Of a stretch of DNA of 64,000 bases, positions 57,841 to 64,000 are shown one piece after another. Numbering within the stretch: the stretch's first letter is position 1; every line of letters starts with the position of its first letter. This DNA is from Fidelibacterota bacterium. Its GTDB lineage: Bacteria > Fidelibacterota > UBA2242. The notes below the pieces were generated by a model. The model did not search any database and was not told the origin of the DNA. It saw nothing but the letters and a program-made list of their open reading frames with translations. The DNA lies in assembly GCA_018002295.1 (NCBI GenBank), contig JAGNGI010000003.1, forward strand, positions 3,666-67,665. The letters run 5' to 3'. The translations under genes were made by a program, and so were the position numbers.

Positions 57841-59334
57841 CTAATAATATAGATTGAGAGATAGACCGACAGTATTTCCGGATAAATCCATTTGAGAAAT
57901 GCTGGCATCTTTAAAGCGTTGCGTGGCTTTGTTTTCTATATTCATTAATTTATATTTCATATTATAATGATTCCAGTCGCATGCTAATCCAATAAATTTG
58001 AATGGGCGGAGTTCGGCGCCAACTCCGTACATTAATCCCCAGCTGTGAAAAATCGGACTACCCATTGATTTATTATCTTCAACTGCATCTATGATTAGCA
58101 CATCATAACCGAACCCGACATTGCAAAACGGATAAAATAAAGGAAAACGAATAGGCGCCAAACGCAAATTCAGATTTACCGACGGCATCCAGAATATTAA
58201 AGTCGGCTCTGAATAGGTAGCATCAAAATTCTTAATCCATTGGGTAAAACTACTGCGATAGATACCCAGACCGAAATCAAAACCAACTACTTCATCCGAT
58301 TGCCTTAAATTGGATAATTCGATGCCTGAGAAATTGTTAATCTCATCAAAAACGTAAGCTCCGGGTTGTCTGCGATGAAAAAGTTCGTTGCCCTCCGCCA
58401 TTTTGGCATTCATTATCTGTACTTGATTATTGATTTTATCAACAATATGAAAGTCAGAATAACGAATTTTAAAACCTGTTTTAAATTGACGTTTCGGCTT
58501 TTCGGCTACATTCTTTGTAACCGGTTGGAGTTTTTTAGAAAGAGCAACGTTAATTTCCAGTACTTGATCCTTTTTTATATCGTAATAATGTTCCCATTTA
58601 TCATAGCCTTCGTTAACAATGGTCAATCTATGAGTAACGCTGGGGACAACTTTAACTTCGATGGGAGCAATTCCATAGTAAACATCATCTATAAATACTG
58701 AAGCGCCATAAGGTTCAGTGCTTATTTTGAAGGCTGTTTTTTTACCTTTTAATTCTTTAGTCTGACGCTCGAGGCCAGAAATTTGACGAGCTACAGATGG
58801 AATTGCTTCGGTCAAAACTGCTCCAAGTGCTCCCTCAATGTCTTCAATAGCCGTGGCTTCGATCCGGCTGGTTTCGACATCAATTAATCGGATGCTCACC
58901 GAATAAATTTCACCGACTTTGCTGACGGAACCAGCGATAATTTTCTTGACGCCTACGATTTTTCCGACTTCGACGACACATTCATCGGAAGTACAACCAC
59001 TCATTTGAAATTGCATTTCATCGAGAATTCTATTCATCTTATCGCGTTCCATAACCTGGAAAATACCGGCGTTGAATAGCTCGATTCGTAAGCGATCAGT
59101 CAGCGCTTTTGCTTCCACCGAAGTAACGCCATTAGCATCTAATTCCATAACTGCAACGGCGATTTTCTCCGCCTCTGGAAAGTCAGAATATTCAACTGGA
59201 ATCCCTTTAGTCCAAATAGTGTCTTTATGAGCATCTAATTTATACTTTTCTCCACTATATTCTTGAGATTCAGCCGTTGCCAATAGACAAAAAACCGATG
59301 TTACCACTACAATTAAGTCGGTTATATTGAACAT
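57841..59334 (-). CDS. Secreted PEGA-domain protein with an N-terminal LpoB/TolB-N-like module and a probable C-terminal beta-barrel
   Basis: Signal peptide. LTDRLRIELFNAGIFQVMERDKMNRILDEMQFQMSG...IYSVSIRLIDVETSRI resembles the LpoB/CsgG-type fold. FKISTEPYGASVFIDDVYYGIAPIEVK is a PEGA motif. The C-terminus ends in ...LNLYY. Confidence 0.35.
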   Translation of the reverse strand: MFNITDLIVVVTSVFCLLATAESQEYSGEKYKLDAHKDTIWTKGIPVEYSDFPEAEKIAVAVMELDANGVTSVEAKALTDRLRIELFNAGIFQVMERDKMNRILDEMQFQMSGCTSDECVVEVGKIVGVKKIIAGSVSKVGEIYSVSIRLIDVETSRIEATAIEDIEGALGAVLTEAIPSVARQISGLERQTKELKGKKTAFKISTEPYGASVFIDDVYYGIAPIEVKVVPSVTHRLTIVNEGYDKWEHYYDIKKDQVLEINVALSKKLQPVTKNVAEKPKRQFKTGFKIRYSDFHIVDKINNQVQIMNAKMAEGNELFHRRQPGAYVFDEINNFSGIELSNLRQSDEVVGFDFGLGIYRSSFTQWIKNFDATYSEPTLIFWMPSVNLNLRLAPIRFPLFYPFCNVGFGYDVLIIDAVEDNKSMGSPIFHSWGLMYGVGAELRPFKFIGLACDWNHYNMKYKLMNIENKATQRFKDASISQMDLSGNTVGLSLNLYY

Positions 59335-59556
59335 TTCCTCATCATAAATAAATCGTATATCCTCAAAATTTTCGGGTAATATAACCGCAATCGGTATTTG
59401 TAGATATGATATTTCTCACACTTTTTAATGCTATGATTCATCGAATCTCGAGTTTTCTCAATTGTATTTAATCTTTCCTATCCCTTGATTCTAAAAATCC
59501 AAGGTTAGACATTTATAACCTACCGCCTCTTATATTCTGAATATTATTGGCAATAT

Positions 59557-60843
59557 TTACTTGATTAACAAACACTTTCGAGCTTCGATAAAATCACCGG
59601 CTTGAATGCGATAGAAGTAAATGCCAGATGAAAATCTCGATGCGTCCCAGGTTATTTGGTAATTGCCAGGCTCATGTGACCTGTCAACCAACGTCTCGAG
59701 CAAATTACCATTTACGTCAATCACCTGAATTTTAACCGGTGATTTGGTCGGTATTGAATATTTAATATTAGTGGATGAATTGAAAGGATTGGGGTAGTTA
59801 TGGCAAAGTTTATAACAATCCGGGAGTTTCTTGAAAAATTCAGTAATGGCACTAAATCTTTTATATTTATATAAGCTGTTGGCTTTATTCAAAACGAAGG
59901 TGGCATTATTTGTTGCTGAAGTAATCACCGCCAAAGCTGTATCTTGTGAAATTGTACTTGATAACCAGTTATAACCGCCGTCATTAGTCTCCCAGATTTC
60001 CCCATTATTCGCAATAACCCATCCCGTCAACGAATCGAGAAAAGAAATATCAACGGCATAATCTACTCCATCTTCAAAAATTTGTTTACAGAAAATCCAG
60101 GATTCACCATAATCCCTTGTTTTTTGTATTTGACCGTCCCGACTCAATACCCAACCATAACCATTTTCAATAAAAGAACATTTGATATAACTCCGATCTT
60201 CGTTATGGGTGATATGCCAGGTTTTCCCCGAATCGGCTGATACTGCAACTCCACCTCTACCTGTTACGCAAGCTTTCCCAGCCGAAAGAACTACCCCATA
60301 ATAAACGGTATCAATAAAAACATTTTCCGGATTAATGGTCGCACAATTCCAGGTATTCCCGCCATCTAAGGTTATAGCAATCGTACTTTCCGTTCCTGTT
60401 ATGATTCCAAAGGCAGTGTCTGCAAAAGAAACTGATTGAAGATCGGACAATCCCATATATATGTCAAAATCAAACAGGGAATCGGCGACTCTAATCCATT
60501 CTTTACCGCCATTAGAAGTTTTAAATAAACAATGTAACCCAGCCGCCCAACCATTCAAACTATCAACGAAATCAATATTATTAAACCAGGAAAATTCCCG
60601 ATATACGAACTGCTCCGACCAGGTTTGGCCTCCATCTTTAGTATTTAATATTACTCCTCCTACTGGTCCGATTGTTTCTCCGCCTGCCCAACCATTCAAT
60701 GAATCAGAAAATGATAATGTATAAATCCGATAATTTTCAGGAAAAACAAAAATTCTATCCCACAATTCGTTTTGAGCCTCTATTCTCTGGGTAAATAAAA
60801 CAAAATAAATAGTCAGCATTAAAATCAATAATAACTTTTTCAT
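59557..60843 (-). CDS. BNR/Ycf48-like repeat protein with a T9SS C-terminal sorting domain
   Basis: Six SxDxGxTW-like repeats (DGGQTWS, SNGGKEW, DGGNTWN, DSGKTWH, DYGESW, DGGYNW). The C-terminus YPNPFNSSTNIKYSIP...SGIYFYRIQAGDFIEARKCLLIK is a T9SS CTD. Confidence 0.65.
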   Translation of the reverse strand: MKKLLLILMLTIYFVLFTQRIEAQNELWDRIFVFPENYRIYTLSFSDSLNGWAGGETIGPVGGVILNTKDGGQTWSEQFVYREFSWFNNIDFVDSLNGWAAGLHCLFKTSNGGKEWIRVADSLFDFDIYMGLSDLQSVSFADTAFGIITGTESTIAITLDGGNTWNCATINPENVFIDTVYYGVVLSAGKACVTGRGGVAVSADSGKTWHITHNEDRSYIKCSFIENGYGWVLSRDGQIQKTRDYGESWIFCKQIFEDGVDYAVDISFLDSLTGWVIANNGEIWETNDGGYNWLSSTISQDTALAVITSATNNATFVLNKANSLYKYKRFSAITEFFKKLPDCYKLCHNYPNPFNSSTNIKYSIPTKSPVKIQVIDVNGNLLETLVDRSHEPGNYQITWDASRFSSGIYFYRIQAGDFIEARKCLLIK

Positions 60844-61257
60844 TTTACCTCCTTTTCTTTTATTAAAACATTTGTTAATTCACATTGTTAGAATAATACG
60901 GTTATCGCCTGTTAAAATAAACATTTTCATATTACTAAAACTCCGAAGATATATCAAGTCTATTTTCTATAACTGGAATTCTGTCTTGTAATAAAAAAGG
61001 ATAAAATCAAAACGGTGAGGGTCGTGTAGAAATTACAGCCTCATTAAAACTAATCAAATACTTCCCCATCTTCGAGTGTACGTAAAAAGAATTATTTTAC
61101 AATTAGTTAATCAACGACTAATAATTCGGCTGTAGTATTGTGCTAGCTATACTTATATTTCTGTACCAATCTTTTAAAATTTGGCCAAAAATAATAAATA
61201 TCTCAATATCCCAACGAAAATTCACAAAGTCTCTCTCTGCTTAGTGAATTTGTATTT

Positions 61258-62013
61258 TTAAAAATCAAATGTTAAAAAATCCTCAGCAATGGTGATACGT
61301 TTAACTAACGACGGCCCAAATCGCTCAGTTATATCGAGATTATCAACTTCTGGTGGGAGATGCGTGAGGATAACTTGCTGGGGCTGAGCGACTTCGATTA
61401 CCGTTTTAATTTGCTCAGGGTTTAAATGACCGGCTATCGGAACGTTCGATAGATTACCACATTCGATCAAAAGCAGACCAACATTGCGGCTGGCATCAAT
61501 CAATATTTGGTCTAATCCAACATCTCCCGTATAAAGCAAAGATTCACCATCAGGTCCGATGAACCGATACATCTGACTTTCGGGAGCATGATTCGATGGA
61601 AAAACCTGAACCTGGTAACTAGAAAAATCATGCATTCCTGGCGTAATCGGAGAAAAATAAGCTGGATAATCCGGATCAACCGTCCATTTTTCAAACATTT
61701 TGGTGAGATTATTGAAATAGTAGGCAAAATCAGGATGAGCGTGAATATAAAGTGGTGCATTCGGGCGTTGCGGTTTATAATATTTACGCGTAAAAAGCAA
61801 AGGTAAAAAATCAGCAATATGATCGAGATGAAAATGGCTATAAAAAACGCGCCCGACTTCCAGTACCGAACGCTCAGCCTTGACCATTTGCCGCAGAGTA
61901 CCCGAGCCACCGTCCAGCAGGAGAGTCTCATCGCCAATATCTAACAAATAGCCGGAGCAATTTCGCTTCTCATTCGGTAAAAACGAGCCAGAGCCCAGAA
62001 TCGTTAAATGCAT
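61258..62013 (-). CDS. MBL-fold metallo-hydrolase (RNase Z / beta-lactamase superfamily)
   Basis: The HFHLDH motif (HxHxDH) and a glycine-rich N-terminal LTILGSGS. 251 aa. Confidence 0.65.
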   Translation of the reverse strand: MHLTILGSGSFLPNEKRNCSGYLLDIGDETLLLDGGSGTLRQMVKAERSVLEVGRVFYSHFHLDHIADFLPLLFTRKYYKPQRPNAPLYIHAHPDFAYYFNNLTKMFEKWTVDPDYPAYFSPITPGMHDFSSYQVQVFPSNHAPESQMYRFIGPDGESLLYTGDVGLDQILIDASRNVGLLLIECGNLSNVPIAGHLNPEQIKTVIEVAQPQQVILTHLPPEVDNLDITERFGPSLVKRITIAEDFLTFDF

Positions 62014-62149
62014 ACTTATCCTCCTTTATCAGTCTATAGTTTTATTTCCATCGCTAAAATTTGAAAATATCAATTATCGAAAACAATATAAATAATTTGG
62101 TGGTAATCGCAATTATTTTATATTTTCCGCCAATCAACATGGAGATTGA

Positions 62150-63178
62150 ATGAATAAAAATAACACTGGGGAAATAATCCAGGCAATGCCTAAAATCGAA
62201 CTGCACCTGCATCTGGAAGGGGCTTTCCCGCTCGAATCCCTTTTACGATTAATCCAAAAATACGGCAGTAACGAAGTGCATAATATAGAGGAATTGCGAC
62301 AGAAATTTGTTTTCACCGATTTTGCTCATTTTATCGAAACCTGGTACTGGAAAAGTGATTTTTATCGTGAGCCGTCCGACATTGAAGATATGGCTTATTC
62401 TACAATTGCAAGTTTATCCCTACAAAACATTATTTACGCTGAAGTCTATTTTTCACCATTCGATTTTATCAAGCCGCAAATGCCTTTTCCGGTCGTAACT
62501 GAAGCCGTAATTTCCGGTGTACGACGAGCTGAATCCGAATATCCGATTCGGATTGGATTAATTGCCGACATCGTTCGTAATCATGGTCACGAAACTGCTC
62601 TGGCGAGATTGGATAAAATCACGCAATACCAAAATGAGGTTCTCGGCATCGGACTCGGCGGCAGTGAGAAGGAATTTCCGGCCAAATTGTTCGCTGAGGT
62701 TTATACTGAGGCCCAAAAACGTGGCTTCCGGTTAGTTGCCCATGCTGGTGAAGCCGATGGCCCTAATTCCATCTGGGATGCTTTGCGCCTTTTGCATGCC
62801 GAAAGGATTGGCCACGGCGTTAGGGCGGTCGAAGATCCCGACCTAATGGAATATTTGCGATTGAACCAAATTCCGCTTGAAGTTTGCGTCACCAGCAATC
62901 TCAAAACAAAAATATTCAATTCTGCGGCTGAACATCCCGTTCGGCGCTTATTTGATTATGGCTTACTGATAACGATTAACTCAGATGATCCAACTATGTT
63001 TGGTTCAAACCTAACCGATGAGTTTAATTTTATCGCGAATGAATATAATTTTACCTTACCTGAAATTAAGAAGCTGACTCAAAATGCGATTCAAGCTAGT
63101 TTCGCGGAAGATAGTTTTAAACAGCAACTTACCCTAAAAAATAATGAATATTGGAATTCGATTGGCGTAAAGGAATAA
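62150..63178 (+). CDS. add: Adenosine deaminase family protein
   Basis: PKIELHLHLEGA, HAGE and the SDDP motif (TINSDDPTMF) are characteristic of the adenosine/AMP deaminase metal site. Confidence 0.8.
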   Translation: MNKNNTGEIIQAMPKIELHLHLEGAFPLESLLRLIQKYGSNEVHNIEELRQKFVFTDFAHFIETWYWKSDFYREPSDIEDMAYSTIASLSLQNIIYAEVYFSPFDFIKPQMPFPVVTEAVISGVRRAESEYPIRIGLIADIVRNHGHETALARLDKITQYQNEVLGIGLGGSEKEFPAKLFAEVYTEAQKRGFRLVAHAGEADGPNSIWDALRLLHAERIGHGVRAVEDPDLMEYLRLNQIPLEVCVTSNLKTKIFNSAAEHPVRRLFDYGLLITINSDDPTMFGSNLTDEFNFIANEYNFTLPEIKKLTQNAIQASFAEDSFKQQLTLKNNEYWNSIGVKE

Positions 63179-63309
63179 CCTTTCCGGGTTGCGATAACAT
63201 TTAATTATTTTCCTTCGCTAAAAAAATAATCACGAAATTTTATCTTGCAATTGAAAATGCTATCCAATAATTTTCAGCCGTTCTTTTTAATTGGATTGAA
63301 AATGCCGAT

Positions 63310-63480
63310 TTAAAGGCGTTTTAAGCAGAGAAGCACAACAGGGAAGCTCGTGAAAATCGGGCACAGCCCCGCTACTGTAATCGCGGACGTTTCTGCCGAT
63401 GCCACGGATCATTCGATCTGGAAGGCGCAGAACAACGGATGATGCGTAAGTCAGGATACCTGGTGTTTTTCTGGCCAATC
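63310..63480 (+). ncRNA. Cobalamin (B12) riboswitch
   Basis: CAGGGAAGCTCGTGAAAATCGGGCACAGCCCCGCTACTGTAATCG matches the GGGAAxxxGGTGxAAxTCC...CCCGCxACTGT core. GCCACGGA...CTGGAAGGCG matches the B12 box with GGAAGGC. The 3' AGTCAGGATACCTGG matches the conserved AGxCAGGAxACCUG end. It lies just 5' of a TonB-dependent receptor gene. Confidence 0.7.
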
Positions 63481-63511
63481 TGGAATACGCGGGTTATTAA
63501 GGATTAGGCAG

Positions 63512-64000
63512 ATGTATCATTCATTACTCAAAATCTATAGATTTTTTCCGCTGTGGCTTTTACCTATTGCGCTGGAAGCAATGGAGTTTTCCAGCGGTTT
63601 TATTTGTGATCAGAATAATCAGCCCATTCCCTATGTGTTTATTTATAATAAAACTAAAGACAGTTTTATTGTCAGCGATGAAAACGGCATATTCATCCTT
63701 CCTGCCAGCTATCAAGCCGGTGATTCCCTGCTTTTCACGCGTATCGGCTACGGCGAGCAGGAAATTGTGCTGGGAAATTTATATGAACCGGTAAAAATCA
63801 TTCTCCCTTTCACTCCAGTAAATCTGGATTCGGTAACCGTTGCCGGACAAATTTTTCCACGTCAGTTGTCCGGAATTAACTTCAGTCGAGTTGAACGCAC
63901 TGAAGACCTCGGAACAGTCGAGCATCGCCGCTTATGGACAACAATTCCCGGGTTATATCTTAAATCCTATGGGGGACCGACTGGCATAAGCACATTAAGC
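63512..64000 (+). CDS. btuB: TonB-dependent receptor (BtuB-like), N-terminal fragment running off the window
   Basis: The frame is open from the ATG at 63512 to the window end. It has a CarbopepD_reg-like N-terminal domain and the beginning of a plug (LYLKSYGGPTGISTLS). It sits immediately downstream of the cobalamin riboswitch. Confidence 0.6.
   Translation, partial: MYHSLLKIYRFFPLWLLPIALEAMEFSSGFICDQNNQPIPYVFIYNKTKDSFIVSDENGIFILPASYQAGDSLLFTRIGYGEQEIVLGNLYEPVKIILPFTPVNLDSVTVAGQIFPRQLSGINFSRVERTEDLGTVEHRRLWTTIPGLYLKSYGGPTGISTLS

Noticed and set aside
1-64000. Defence, toxin-antitoxin, prophage or integrative element
   Set aside because: No nuclease, helicase, integrase, recombinase, phage structural or small TA-like gene pairs were recognised. 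The window is metabolic and housekeeping throughout.

Overview
Dense bacterial chromosomal window of about 64 kb and roughly 40% GC. C-terminal sorting domains typical of type IX secretion (T9SS) and TonB-dependent receptors without SusD partners point to an FCB-group-like organism (Ignavibacteria, Calditrichaeota or a similar candidate phylum). From position 1 to about 54.1 kb every gene is on the minus strand. Positions 1 to about 46.9 kb form one co-directional carbohydrate-utilisation super-cluster. It starts, in transcription order, with a LacI regulator and a CUT1-type ABC sugar importer. These are followed by a lipoprotein, a FadL-like outer-membrane protein, T9SS-anchored putative glycan-binding proteins, a TonB-dependent receptor, a PorV-like barrel and an alcohol dehydrogenase. 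The rest of the cluster is a long run of glycoside hydrolases: a large GH-like protein, a GH5/39-like TIM barrel, GH42, a GH15-like six-hairpin enzyme, GH92, GH43, four tandem divergent GH10-fold paralogs and GH13. Interspersed are rbsD and rbsK, a Gfo/Idh/MocA oxidoreductase with a xylose-isomerase-like TIM-barrel partner, a PIG-L deacetylase, an HGSNAT-like membrane acetyltransferase, an MFS transporter and a URO-D/MtaA-like protein. Positions 47.4 to 63.2 kb hold housekeeping genes: leuS, serA, mntP, rmuC, tadA, suhB-like, two CNNM/CorC genes, add and an MBL hydrolase. The window ends with a cobalamin riboswitch followed by a truncated btuB-like receptor. No transposase, integrase, CRISPR array, rRNA or tRNA was found. 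Points of interest are the GH10-like quadruplet with alternating Tat signals, a perfect ~0.8 kb tandem duplication inside a T9SS cargo gene, a Zn-motif URO-D/MtaA-like protein inside the glycan locus, and a candidate oxidative (3-keto-glycoside) cleavage gene pair.
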